A DNA stretch of 64,000 bases from an uncultured Acidimicrobiaceae bacterium (GTDB taxonomy: Bacteria > Actinomycetota > Acidimicrobiia > Acidimicrobiales > RAAP-2): the NCBI GenBank assembly GCA_963736525.1, contig CAVTPF010000004.1:44989-108988 (forward strand), in the 5' to 3' direction. Below are positions 46,363 to 55,573 of the stretch, piece after piece. Made by a program: the position numbers and the translations under genes. Within the stretch, counting starts at the first letter, position 1. The number at the start of each line of letters is the position of its first letter. Under the pieces are notes generated by a model, which saw only the letters and a program-made list of their open reading frames with translations, ran no database searches and was not told where the DNA came from.

Positions 46363-48138
46363 TTACTGGTTGGCGTTCCCGTCCGTGGTGGAGACGGCGC
46401 AGTAACCCGGGGGGTTGGGCGCCGTCGGGATGGACGTGTTCACGCCACTCGGGCCAACCGCCGGGCCGCCCACGTCCAGGTAGGTGGCACCGCCAGCATC
46501 GCTCGCGAGGAGGCTGATGGCGGTGTGCCCGACGCTGCCTTCGGAAGCCGCGGCCCCCGTCGGGAAGCTCAGGTCGGCGTACGTGGGGCCGCTCGCGGTG
46601 GCGTCCAGCGGAATGAAGCCCTGCTGGAGGATCGTGTTCTCGATCTCGGTCGCGTACCAGATGCCGGTGGCCGGGTCGACGATCTCGTCGCTGGCCCCCG
46701 TCGGCGTCGCGTTGCCGCTGACCGTTTCGGGCTTGCAGACGAACCCGATCTCGCTGACGTAGTTCAGCGTTGCCGCGGTCGCCGGCGGAATGTTCGGGTT
46801 CGAGCCGTTCGAGTACACGTTGTACACGTCACGAGGATCCGGGAACGACCCGTTCAGGACGCTCTGCGGGGTGGGGGCGATGCCGTTGATCGAGCCGAGA
46901 ATAATCTTGCCGCTCGCGCCGGTCGTCGCCCCGCCTCCGCAATCGGCACCGACCTTGCTGTTCACCGTGCCGTCGAGACCTGGCAACACCGTCTTGTCGA
47001 ACGCCTCGGCCTTCAGCTTCTCGCCTCCGCACTGATCGGCGTACCTACCGAGCGAGTAGAACATGATGGCGTCTGCGTAGGTCGAGGGTTCGACGCTGGT
47101 CAGCTCGTTCTCCAAGATGGTATCCGGACCCGCGCAATTGGTGCCGGGACCGGCCGGGTAGACCGCGGGCTTACCCGACGGCGACGGCGTCGAGGCGCAG
47201 TTGACCGAGTTCGTGCTCGCCGTGGGGTCGAAGCCCATGAAGCTCTTCCACGTCGCCTGGGTGCCAGAGCCCTCCTGGGCCGCGTACACGATGATCGGAG
47301 CGGCCTTACCGCCGACCTGGGCCCAGTTGTAGATGGTCCCGTTCCAGATGCCCTGCAGTTGCGCCTGAGTCAGGCTGGACACCTTTGCCGAAGGCGTCGC
47401 TCCGGCCGAGGTCTTGGTCCAGTGGATCCACGACACACCGTCCGTCGCGTAGGCGACGAAGTTGAGGCCCTGGATGTCGGCGCTGCCGGGCTTCCGGGAT
47501 GACCGAGCGTAATCGATGTACGAGATGTTCTCGACAGAGTTGGCATCACCGATGCCGTTGCCTCCTGAGCCCGAGGCCTGGTTGTCCCGACCCTCCTCCA
47601 GCTGGGCGATGCCGTTCGACGACCCCATCGCTGACTGCGATACGGCGATGTCATTGACCGGGTTGTCGAGGTAGGCATTGTCCCCGCCGGCCGCGCCCAG
47701 GTCGGGTGGGATCTGCTCGCTCGTCACGCCCGCTGCACCGTAGAGGCCGCCGTCTGCCGACGGCACCGTCGTCCCGAGGCAGCTGTAGTTGAGCTCCTGT
47801 TGGGAGGCCGGAGCCACGTACGTAAACGAGGTCGTGGTGATGTTGCACCCCGGCGTGTGGTTGAAGAGGGAGTCCATCGCCTGCATCAAGGCGTAGGTTG
47901 TTTGCGAGCCGCTCCCGGTGATGATGTTGTTCTGCGGCTGTGCACCCGGGACCGAGTAGGTAGACCCGGTCTCGTCCGAATGGACCGTGGGGTTGACCGG
48001 CGGTGTGCTCGCGGCACCGGCCGTGCCAGCCCACGAGAGGCAAATGGCAGCTGCACTCGCCAGGGAGGCGCCCATCGCCAACCGGTGGCGACGCCTGCGC
48101 CCGGGTGGCACCCACGCACCTTTCAGTTCCTTTCGCAT
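46363..48138 (-). CDS. Oversized secreted PstS-family (PBP_like_2-type) substrate-binding-fold protein
   Basis: Signal peptide ...ASLASAAAICLSWAGTAGAAS. Blocks: ITGSGSQTTYALMQ, AMGSSNGIAQL, YARSSRKP and IIVYAAQEGSGTQATWKSF. It is 591 aa, against about 300-370 aa for ordinary PstS. AAGGAA lies upstream of the ATG. Confidence 0.7.
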   Translation of the reverse strand: MRKELKGAWVPPGRRRRHRLAMGASLASAAAICLSWAGTAGAASTPPVNPTVHSDETGSTYSVPGAQPQNNIITGSGSQTTYALMQAMDSLFNHTPGCNITTTSFTYVAPASQQELNYSCLGTTVPSADGGLYGAAGVTSEQIPPDLGAAGGDNAYLDNPVNDIAVSQSAMGSSNGIAQLEEGRDNQASGSGGNGIGDANSVENISYIDYARSSRKPGSADIQGLNFVAYATDGVSWIHWTKTSAGATPSAKVSSLTQAQLQGIWNGTIYNWAQVGGKAAPIIVYAAQEGSGTQATWKSFMGFDPTASTNSVNCASTPSPSGKPAVYPAGPGTNCAGPDTILENELTSVEPSTYADAIMFYSLGRYADQCGGEKLKAEAFDKTVLPGLDGTVNSKVGADCGGGATTGASGKIILGSINGIAPTPQSVLNGSFPDPRDVYNVYSNGSNPNIPPATAATLNYVSEIGFVCKPETVSGNATPTGASDEIVDPATGIWYATEIENTILQQGFIPLDATASGPTYADLSFPTGAAASEGSVGHTAISLLASDAGGATYLDVGGPAVGPSGVNTSIPTAPNPPGYCAVSTTDGNANQ

Positions 48139-48344
48139 GTACCCGTTTCCTTTCGCCCGGCGAGCCGGAGTCGGTTCTGCTCCAAGTGTTCTTTTCCGTT
48201 GCTCAGCGATACCGCTCGTGGTGACGCAACGAACCCGGAGACCCTTTGTGTCGCACGCCTGGCAAAAGAGGGAACGGCACCGCCGTCCCCTCGTTCACCC
48301 TCGCTCGTGGCCGGTATTGCCGGCGGTCGATTCGTCACCGGGGC

Positions 48345-48506
48345 GGACGTTAGGAGCCGAAAGTTAACGGATATCGACCAATACGCTACGGGAGATGAAT
48401 TCTTCAGTGACCCCGATGAAAGACAAGGTCACGGCCTTGCACGGCACAAGCGACCGGTTCCGCACACGAACGGAAGATGGCCGTTTGGTGACATCGTTCA
48501 CCCCGG
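48345..48506. promoter_or_regulatory. Conserved 162-nt non-coding module, copy A (paralogue of 55574..55735)
   Basis: Identical blocks are GGACGTTAGGAGCCGAAAGTTAACGGA (27 nt), GGAGATGAATTCTT and GGTGACATCGTTCACCC. On the minus strand the promoter-like geometry is TCACTG-16 nt-TAGCGT (48410-48383). Confidence 0.5.
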
Positions 48507-48571
48507 TAGCGACGTCGCTGCTTGCCGTAGCACCGTTCGTTGGACCCACCCCGATGCCGTCGGACGAAGAG

Positions 48572-48593
48572 GGCGGTGGGCGGACCCACCGCC
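48572..48593. other. Stable hairpin GGCGGTGGG-cgga-CCCACCGCC in an intergenic region
   Basis: A perfect 9-bp GC stem with a tetraloop, read directly from the sequence. Its function is unknown. Confidence 0.4.
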
Positions 48594-48624
48594 GGCGGGC
48601 AGAGATGCGGGTGCGTCGCGTCCC

Positions 48625-48646
48625 GTTCACCCGCATGTTTCACAAC
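48625..48646 (+). promoter_or_regulatory. PHO-box-like pair GTTCACCCGCA TGTTTCACAAC upstream of 48693
   Basis: The first unit matches 10 of 11 positions of G(G/T)TCAYYYR(G/C)G. It lies 47-68 nt before the GTG start. Confidence 0.3.
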
Positions 48647-48692
48647 TCAAAGCTGCGCCCTGGCACCGTGGAGTCACCGGTAGAGTGCTGCC

Positions 48693-49439
48693 GTGATCCG
48701 ATGCCTGCGCACCGCTAGCTGCCTCTCCGCTCTCGCCGTGTCCGTTCCCGTGGCCCTTTTAACCTCCGCATCTGTGGCCACCGCGACGCCGCCTTCCGCG
48801 ATCAAACTTCTGAGCCAGTCCGTCGAAGCAGCGAATTCCAAGGGGTCGCTGACCTTCTCGGACACCACGCGGAGCGGGAAGAACGTCGAGGTGCTCACCG
48901 GCGCGGTCAGTGCACCGACCGCCGCCGAGTCCCTGACCGAGACGGGACACGGCCCGTTGAACGTGTTGTTGATCGGCGACACTATCTACGTGCGCGGCGA
49001 CAGTGATGTGCTGCACGGGACGTTGGGTCTGCCACTCGCCGCCTCCACCGCCAACTCGGAGAAGTGGATCTCGGTTCAGTCGGGCGATAGTGCGTTCAGC
49101 CAGCTCGTCGCACCGCTCAACATGTCGACTGAGCTCAACAACTACGTCCCTGCCGGCCACCTCAAGAAAGGGAGGATCACCACGGTGGACGGCCACAAGG
49201 TGATCCCTCTGACGGGCGCCGCCTCGGCCTCGGCCGCCCAGGGTGGTGCCGGGGCTGTGGCCTTGTTCGTCTCCACCAATGCGCCGTATCTGCCGGTGGG
49301 AGGGACCCTCGTCGTCGTCAGGAGAGGCTCTCCCGGTCTCAGTGAGGTGGCGGCGTTTAGTGCTTGGGGGAGCAAGGTGGTCGCCAACGCGCCAACCGGT
49401 GCCATTCCCTTCTCGTCGCTCGTCTCGACCTCCGGCTGA
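48693..49439 (+). CDS. Secreted hypothetical protein (LolA/LppX-like guess)
   Basis: Signal peptide MIRCLRTASCLSALAVSVPVALLTSASVATA. No catalytic motif was recognised. A C-terminal remnant of a paralogue lies at 26895..26963. Confidence 0.5.
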   Translation: MIRCLRTASCLSALAVSVPVALLTSASVATATPPSAIKLLSQSVEAANSKGSLTFSDTTRSGKNVEVLTGAVSAPTAAESLTETGHGPLNVLLIGDTIYVRGDSDVLHGTLGLPLAASTANSEKWISVQSGDSAFSQLVAPLNMSTELNNYVPAGHLKKGRITTVDGHKVIPLTGAASASAAQGGAGAVALFVSTNAPYLPVGGTLVVVRRGSPGLSEVAAFSAWGSKVVANAPTGAIPFSSLVSTSG

Positions 49440-49486
49440 GGTCGCCCGCACGTCTGAGGGGACCAGGACACACCCTCCTTTGTTCA

Positions 49487-49711
49487 TCACCAGACGAGGG
49501 TGAAGTTGAATGCCGGCACAAAGTCTGTCGACCCGGCGTAGCTGACGGGCACAGTTGCGCTCGCACCCGTGATCCCAGACGACGCGTTGGCCGGGATGTC
49601 CGGTAGTCGTCCGCTCTCCGGCGGCGGGCCCGGCGGACCAGGCATTGTCGCTGGGGTTTCGTAAAGGGCCATTTGCCACGTCCGGAGCGCCGCATCAAGG
49701 GTACGGCTCAA
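49487..49711 (-). pseudogene. Probable 3' remnant of an Ig-like exoprotein gene (paralogue of 26986..28953)
   Basis: The C-terminus ...ASATVPVSYAGSTDFVPAFNFTLVW* compares with ...SAMVTISSAGSTDFAPATFTFTLDW*. Nucleotide similarity covers the first ~60-110 nt, and there is no Ig-repeat body upstream. Confidence 0.4.
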
Positions 49712-49966
49712 GGGCGCGACCCTGGCGGCAGCTCGCGTACTGGCGCGGCGCCATCATGATCCACCCGACCCTGCACCAGGTCTCGGCAGCCGTATGCGGG
49801 CGATGCGGGCCTTTCGTTCACAACGTGGTACGGCGACGCACGCACAGCGAAACTGTGCGAGTCTGCATACAGGAGAAGGGGGCCGAGGAGACGGGCTTCG
49901 CCGAGGTGGCGCGGGACGCCAGGCCGGACTCAGAGGTGAAGCGAAGCCGTCACGATGCGGACGCCG

Positions 49967-50488
49967 TCACTGGTCGAAGATCCCGACCTGAGCCTTGCCA
50001 TGAAATCCGGTCGACGTCCTGTACTCGAACTGCCCGATTCCCGCTGGCGGCGTCATGGTGTGCGACTGCCCGGGCTGAATGGTGAACGACGGCTGCATCA
50101 GCGGGATGAGCGTGATCGTCACCGGTGACGAAGCGAGGTTCGTAAAGGTGATCGGCTCGCCCTTCGCGGCGAAGAGCCACGCCGGCAGGAACCCCTTTGC
50201 CGTCCAGACGACGTTCTGGCCCGTGGCGAAATGCGACGAAATCGCCAGACCGTTCGCTTCGCGGGGCACGGTGACCGACTGGCCGTTGACCATGACTGTG
50301 GGAGTCGTGATTGCGGGCGCCAGCGTGGTACCCGGGGTCTGCCTGCTGGCGCTGGCGGTGGGGGACCCACCGCTGCTCCCACCACAGGCTGACGCGGTCA
50401 ACGCCAGCGCGACCACTGCACTGGCAACGGCCAGCCCTCGGGTGTTGACGGAGTACCGGCGTGCGGCCTTGGGGACGAGGGGTGTCAT
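49967..50488 (-). CDS. Lipoprotein with a cupredoxin-like C-terminal domain (copper ligands not evident)
   Basis: The ATG is at 50488 and the lipobox is LALTASAC. The pattern GEPITFTN....VTITL...FTIQPGQSHTMT.PAGIGQFEYRTSTGFHGKAQVG follows cupredoxin strand spacing, but there is no Cys or Met at the ligand positions. Confidence 0.55.
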   Translation of the reverse strand: MTPLVPKAARRYSVNTRGLAVASAVVALALTASACGGSSGGSPTASASRQTPGTTLAPAITTPTVMVNGQSVTVPREANGLAISSHFATGQNVVWTAKGFLPAWLFAAKGEPITFTNLASSPVTITLIPLMQPSFTIQPGQSHTMTPPAGIGQFEYRTSTGFHGKAQVGIFDQ

Positions 50489-50532
50489 GGTGACGTCGGA
50501 CCTCACAGAGTCGGGGGAGCAACAGGGACAGG

Positions 50533-50736
50533 TTGGAGAACTATTCGAGTGCCAGGGCAAGCACGATCGGAGCGCCGAGAAGATACACGGTCCAGATCTG
50601 TCGCGGTGCACGACGATGCGCCAGGAAGGTGGCCGCGTTGCAGAAGAACGTGCCCGTGTCGGCGTTGTCTCCAGGTGCTGCGCCTGAGAGCGGCGTCGAC
50701 GTGGAGTCCGTGACGGCCTTCCTGCCGCAGCGTCAT
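50533..50736 (-). pseudogene. Composite remnant: large-PBP gene start plus a 79-nt internal piece plus the sortase-homologue 3' end
   Basis: 50710-50736 matches the start region of 43083..45560, with a frameshifting indel. 50631-50709 matches 44949-45027. 50541-50632 matches 41950-42045 at about 80 percent identity and encodes ...RRAPRQIWTVYLLGAPIVLALALE*. Confidence 0.55.
50631..50709. repeat. Partner of repeat 44949..45027
   Basis: See 44949..45027. Confidence 0.85.
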
Positions 50737-50987
50737 GGTGCGTTCCCCGACCGCGGCTCGTCCGTGACGTCGCCGCGCCGGCGACGCGCGATCGCGACGG
50801 CCGGCGGCAGGGCCAGCAGAGCCAGGAATCCCAGCGCGGCCAGAAGAACATCGGCGTTGGGCCCGGGCGACTTCAACAGGGAAGCAGTGGTGCGCTGCAG
50901 GGCGACGCCGGCAACCTGGCCCGGCGCCGCCGAAACCTCGTTGGCCGCCTTCTTGGCCGCCGCGGCCGCGGCGGCCTTGGCCTGTGC
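50710..50987. repeat. Partner of repeat 45535..45811
   Basis: See 45535..45811. Confidence 0.85.
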
Positions 50988-52448
50988 GGCGGCCTGGGCT
51001 GCCGCCTGCGCCGAGCTGGCCGACGTGCCGCTGGTGGAGGTCTTGCCACCCGCCGACGACGCCGACCCCGGTCCGTTGACCGTGGCGGGACCACCGTGTG
51101 CCGCGGCCGGGCCCGCTGCGGCCGTCCCCGCGGTGGCGGTGGCGGTGGCGGCCCCGCCCGATGACGGGGTTGCGGGCGCGCTCCCGATCACGGGCTCGCC
51201 CTGCAGAGGCAGCTGCCCATCAACGTACGGGTTCGGGCAATTCGACGCATTCGGGGCCGGGAGGGCGGTACCGGTGATGCGTTGCACCGCGTCGAAGTCT
51301 GCCTGGACCAGGTTCGGCGGCAGGGGCGAGTATCCCAGCGCACCGGCCGACTGTTGGCCCCGGCAGGCCACGAACTGGACGAACTGACCCTCCTCGGCCT
51401 GCTTGTCAGACGATATCTCGCTCTGCTCGGCCATGATGAGGTAGCTGTAGGCCGAGATGGAGTAGGCCGTCGGCTGCGTCGACTCGAAGACGGGGACCAG
51501 GTTCTGCTCGAGGTCCGGCTGCAGCGCGTCGGATTCCAACGCGACGGCGTCGGCCGTTTCGGAGGGCTGGACGTACGCCCCGCTGGCGTTCTGTACCGCC
51601 GCGCACGGGTCGTGGTGCAGGATCGCGTAGGCCGTCTCGACGTACGTGATGGAACCCGGGTTGCCGTAGACGTAGTTGGACGCGTTGTCAGACCCGGACT
51701 CGCCGCTCCAGTTGCCGAAGTTGTAGGGGCCCACCGTGCGCTGTCCCCCCTGCGGGATCGGCCAGATGGCCTGCGCCCCGGGCGGCGACTGCACGGCACT
51801 GGTGAAGGCCGACCACGCGGACCCCTGCAGGGTCGAAAGGTAGTCCGAGAAGATGTAGTTGTCGCCCGACGCATCCGTTCGGTAAACGACGACGATGGGT
51901 GTGTTCGGCAGCTGCACGCCCGGATTGAGTGCGGCGATGGCCGGGTCGTTCCACTTCGTGATGGTGCCGCTGAACATGCCGACCATGACGCTGGAGTTGA
52001 GCTTGAGCGACGTGATCTGGTTGCCCAGATTGTCCTGGAGGTTGTACATGAGGCAGGTCGCGCCCGCAACGTCGGGCAGGTACTGGTAGCTGAACCCCGC
52101 TGCCGGCTCCTGGTTCGCCTGCCCGGTGCTGTAGCCGATTTCGCTCGCACCGAAGTCGACCAGCGGGTACTGGGCGAAGTTGTTGAGACCGATCACCGAC
52201 GACGTCGTCGCGTAGTTGATGTTGTCGCCGTAGAGGCTCTGCACCTGCGAGGCCCACTGGTTAATGGCGACGGCGGCATAGCTCGAACCGGTCCCGGAGA
52301 TCGTGGGACCCGACGCGCCGGCGACCTGCGGACGCGTGACGAGCAGACCGCAGGCCGCGGCCAGGCATGCCATTATGCAGGCGATTCGGCTCGCCGCCGC
52401 GGGCACCCGCCTCCTGGTCGGGGTTTCAGCCAAAACGGCCATGGACAT
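50733..52448 (-). CDS. PstS-like phosphate-binding-fold protein with an Ala-rich stalk and a C-terminal membrane anchor
   Basis: The start at 52448 or 52442 overlaps the pstB2 3' end. The signal is [37 protein letters not shown]. The blocks [25 protein letters not shown] and [19 protein letters not shown] mirror PstS1. The tail is [37 protein letters not shown]. Confidence 0.75.
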   Translation of the reverse strand: MSMAVLAETPTRRRVPAAASRIACIMACLAAACGLLVTRPQVAGASGPTISGTGSSYAAVAINQWASQVQSLYGDNINYATTSSVIGLNNFAQYPLVDFGASEIGYSTGQANQEPAAGFSYQYLPDVAGATCLMYNLQDNLGNQITSLKLNSSVMVGMFSGTITKWNDPAIAALNPGVQLPNTPIVVVYRTDASGDNYIFSDYLSTLQGSAWSAFTSAVQSPPGAQAIWPIPQGGQRTVGPYNFGNWSGESGSDNASNYVYGNPGSITYVETAYAILHHDPCAAVQNASGAYVQPSETADAVALESDALQPDLEQNLVPVFESTQPTAYSISAYSYLIMAEQSEISSDKQAEEGQFVQFVACRGQQSAGALGYSPLPPNLVQADFDAVQRITGTALPAPNASNCPNPYVDGQLPLQGEPVIGSAPATPSSGGAATATATAGTAAAGPAAAHGGPATVNGPGSASSAGGKTSTSGTSASSAQAAAQAAAQAKAAAAAAAKKAANEVSAAPGQVAGVALQRTTASLLKSPGPNADVLLAALGFLALLALPPAVAIARRRRGDVTDEPRSGNAP

Positions 52449-53265
52449 AGTCAGACGTCCTCGGGTCGACGGGTTGGGCGAAGATCTGGGTCGTCGGTCC
52501 CGACTCGACGATCCGCCCCGGCGTGTTCTCCTCGGCGAGGAAGAAGGCGCACGAGTGCGAGACGCGCTGGGCCTGCTGCATGTTGTGGGTGACGATGACG
52601 ACCGTGACATCCTCGGCGATCTCGTCGATCGTCTGCTCGATGCGGTTGGTCGACGCCGGGTCGAGCGCCGAGCACGGCTCGTCCATCAACAGGACCTTGG
52701 GGCGTACGGCGAGGGCCCGGGCGATGCAGAGGCGCTGCTGCTGGCCGCCCGAGAGCGCTCCCCCAAGGTCACGGAGCCTGTTCTTGACCTCGCTCCACAG
52801 TCCCGCCCGGGTGAGGGAGTACTCCACCAGGTCGTCCTTGTCGTGGATCCTCGTTCTCGTGAAGCGCAGGCCCGACAGCACGTTGTCGCGGACCGACATG
52901 GCCGGGAACGGGTTGGGGCGCTGGAACACCATGCCGATCTGGCGCCGCACCTCATTGGCCCGTTGGGTCGCTCCGTAGATGTCCTCGCCGTCGAGTTCCA
53001 CGGAGCCCGCCAGCTGTGCGCCGGGAACGACCTCGTGCATACGGTTGAGGATACGCAGGAAGGTCGACTTCCCACATCCCGAGGGTCCGATGAGAGCCGT
53101 GACCTGGGAGCGCTCCATGTCAAGGTTGACGTCCTCGAGCACGCAGCGGCTGCCGAACCACGCGCACACACCGCGCGCCACGAGCTCACCCGCCTGCGGG
53201 GCCGCGGTCGCAGCCCCGTTTTTGCTCGCCTCGTGCACGGCCGGGGTCGGCTGGGTCGTCGTCAT
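52426..53265 (-). CDS. pstB: Phosphate ABC transporter ATP-binding protein (second copy)
   Basis: [36 protein letters not shown] and [11 protein letters not shown]. The ATGA overlaps the pstA2 stop. Confidence 0.9.
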   Translation of the reverse strand: MTTTQPTPAVHEASKNGAATAAPQAGELVARGVCAWFGSRCVLEDVNLDMERSQVTALIGPSGCGKSTFLRILNRMHEVVPGAQLAGSVELDGEDIYGATQRANEVRRQIGMVFQRPNPFPAMSVRDNVLSGLRFTRTRIHDKDDLVEYSLTRAGLWSEVKNRLRDLGGALSGGQQQRLCIARALAVRPKVLLMDEPCSALDPASTNRIEQTIDEIAEDVTVVIVTHNMQQAQRVSHSCAFFLAEENTPGRIVESGPTTQIFAQPVDPRTSDYVHGRFG

Positions 53266-54494
53266 GGCGAGTCCCCTCTCGGGCGCATGACTCCCGAGGC
53301 ACCACGCACGGCCGCGCCCGCCGCGCCTTTCATGGCGGCGTTCGCCTCCCTCGCGTTACGGCGTCCCCGGATCTTGTTCCCGAGCCACGTGCTGCCCAGG
53401 ACCCGGGCCAGGATGAAGATGATGAAGACCATGATGAAGAGCACAAGGGCCGCCGTGTAGCCCAGCTGGATGTCCGCCGCCTGCGACGATCGTACCTCCG
53501 TGTAGGCCAGCAGCGATAGAGCCGACTGGGGCCCGCTGAACGGGTTGGCGTTCATCAGCTTGTTGCCGAAGATGGTGAGGATCAACGGCGCCGTCTCGCC
53601 GAGTGCCACGGCCACGCTGATGAGGACGGCCGTGATCAGGCCCGACTGGGCGGTGGGGAGGACGACGGACCAGACGGTCCGCCACTGCGGCGCGGCCAGC
53701 GCGGCGGACGCCTCCCGCAGGTCGTCCGGCACGATTTTCAGCACTTCCTCGGTGCCCCGGGTCACCGTGGGCAGCAACAGGACGGCCAGGGCCAGCGCCC
53801 CGGCGAAGCCCGAGTAACCGAAATGGAGCGTCTCGATCAGGAGGGAGTAGACGAAGGCACCGGCGACGATGGCCGGGACGCCGCTCATCGCAGTGACGAT
53901 GATCCGGACCCAGCGCGTCATGCGGCCCCCGACCTCGTTTAGGTAGACAGCGGTGAGCACCCCCGCCGGAACGCCCATCATGGCGGCCAGCCCGATCTGC
54001 TCCAACGTGCCGACGATGGCGTGGGCCACCCCCGGCTTCGGGCACGGCTCACCCGGGACGCACAGCTCGAGCACGCCCTTCTGCGTGGCGAAGAGGAGAT
54101 GGATGGACAAGAGCTGCCAGCCCTTGATGAAGAGGAACACCACGAGCAGGACCAGGGGGGCGAACATGCACAACGCCCCGAGCGTGACCAGCGCGGCTAC
54201 CGTGCGGTCCGTGGCGACACGGCGCCCGTAGACCTGCGTGTTCACGGCCCAGTACATGGCCAGGAAGAGGACGAACCAGCAGATGACGAATCCGGTCGGT
54301 CCCGAGAGGAACGTCAGCTGCTCGAAGAGGATCCAGACCGTGGCGAGCGACGAGGCGATGGAGACGGCGAGCACACCCAGTTCGCCGGGCTGCATCTCCC
54401 TCGGCCGGCGCGGCACCTTGCTGCGGGGCCGCGGGTACGTGGGCGTCGGTCGCGGCGGTGGCGCCAGGACGGGTCGCTGATCGGTGAGGGCCAT
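53262..54494 (-). CDS. pstA: Phosphate ABC transporter permease (second copy) with a Pro-rich N-terminal extension
   Basis: The ATG at 54494 overlaps the pstC2 stop (TGATG). It has the [15 protein letters not shown] loop and six helices. Confidence 0.85.
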   Translation of the reverse strand: MALTDQRPVLAPPPRPTPTYPRPRSKVPRRPREMQPGELGVLAVSIASSLATVWILFEQLTFLSGPTGFVICWFVLFLAMYWAVNTQVYGRRVATDRTVAALVTLGALCMFAPLVLLVVFLFIKGWQLLSIHLLFATQKGVLELCVPGEPCPKPGVAHAIVGTLEQIGLAAMMGVPAGVLTAVYLNEVGGRMTRWVRIIVTAMSGVPAIVAGAFVYSLLIETLHFGYSGFAGALALAVLLLPTVTRGTEEVLKIVPDDLREASAALAAPQWRTVWSVVLPTAQSGLITAVLISVAVALGETAPLILTIFGNKLMNANPFSGPQSALSLLAYTEVRSSQAADIQLGYTAALVLFIMVFIIFILARVLGSTWLGNKIRGRRNAREANAAMKGAAGAAVRGASGVMRPRGDSP

Positions 54495-55495
54495 CAGTGC
54501 GCCTTGGACCGGCTGACGATGACGGACGCGATGAAATTCACCGTCAGGGTGAACACGAAGAGCACGAGTCCGCACGCCAGCAGCGCCGAGAGGCCGAGCT
54601 TCCCACCGGACCCGAACCGGTTGGCGATCAGCGCGGCGATGGAGTTGCCGCCGGACTGAAAGATTTGTTCGGAAATCCCGTAGTTGAGACTCAGGATGAT
54701 GGAGACCGCCACGGCCTCGCCGAGGGCGCGGCCCAGGCCCAGCATGATGGCCCCGATGGTCCCGCCGAACCCGAACGGGAGCACGACGTCGCGCACGACG
54801 CGGGCGCGGGTGGCTCCGAGTGCCATGGCGCCCTCGCGCTCACCGACGGGCGTCAACGAGTAGATCTCGCGGGTGATCGACGTGACGATGGGCATGATCA
54901 TGATCCCGACCAGCACCCCGGCTATGAAGTACGAGGACGTGAAGACCACCGTCCCGTTGGCGACGTGGAAGATGGGAATGAAGCCGAGGTGCACCGTCAA
55001 GAACTTCGCGATGTCCTTGAGCCGCGGTTGGAGGAAGAAGAAGCCCCAAAGGCCGTAGATGACGCTGGGTACGGCGGCCATGAGGTCGACCATGGACGTG
55101 AGAAATCCCTTGAGTGGGAAGAAGCCCAGGAAGCTGCGCGGCGCGTACTCGTTGATGAACAGCGCGGATCCGATCGACACCGGCACCGCCACCACGACGG
55201 CGATCAGGGCGATGACGACCGATCCGTACAAGGCGGATTCGACGCCGAACTGGGGATGGGCGCCGGTGGTGACGAAGCCCGTCGTCGTGAAGAACTTCCA
55301 GCCGGCGGCGCGCAGGGCCGGCAAGGCCTGAAGGAAGAGGAAGAGCCCGATCAGGATCAGGACGAGGAAGGTGAAGCCGCCTGCGGCCTTGGTGACGAGC
55401 CTGAAGACCTGATCGGACCGGGAGAGCCGGCTGCGCAGCCGGATCGGGGTGAAGCGGGGGCTCTCGGCGGGAGCGTCAGGTGTGGTGACTGTCAC
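54494..55495 (-). CDS. pstC: Phosphate ABC transporter permease (second copy)
   Basis: GTG start. It has the EGAMALGATRARV EAA loop and a PstC-like helix pattern. Confidence 0.85.
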   Translation of the reverse strand: MTVTTPDAPAESPRFTPIRLRSRLSRSDQVFRLVTKAAGGFTFLVLILIGLFLFLQALPALRAAGWKFFTTTGFVTTGAHPQFGVESALYGSVVIALIAVVVAVPVSIGSALFINEYAPRSFLGFFPLKGFLTSMVDLMAAVPSVIYGLWGFFFLQPRLKDIAKFLTVHLGFIPIFHVANGTVVFTSSYFIAGVLVGIMIMPIVTSITREIYSLTPVGEREGAMALGATRARVVRDVVLPFGFGGTIGAIMLGLGRALGEAVAVSIILSLNYGISEQIFQSGGNSIAALIANRFGSGGKLGLSALLACGLVLFVFTLTVNFIASVIVSRSKAH

Positions 55496-55573
55496 TGAAG
55501 AGCACTTTCATGTTCCCTCTGAGTTGTCAGTGCTGCCGCCCTGATCCGCCGAGAACGCTCAGCCCCGGTCGCC

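Noticed and set aside
48345-48506. Calling the conserved module a riboswitch or sRNA gene.
   Set aside because: Only a weak 5-bp stem (CGUUA/UAACG) could be drawn in the conserved block. With two copies there is no covariation evidence. It is reported only as a conserved regulatory module.
43083-52448. Canonical sortase substrates (LPXTG or LAXTG before the C-terminal helix).
   Set aside because: I scanned the C-termini of all called exoproteins (both Ig-like proteins, the three PBP-fold proteins, GH18 and the beta-helix proteins). None has LPXTG or LAXTG. Only the non-canonical LLKSPGP tail was found.
55476-55511. An 11-codon upstream ORF (MKVLFSDSHHT) overlapping the pstC2 start, considered as a leader peptide.
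   Set aside because: It is not conserved in the homologous leader of copy 1 (46184-46260), has no clear RBS, and is too short to support.
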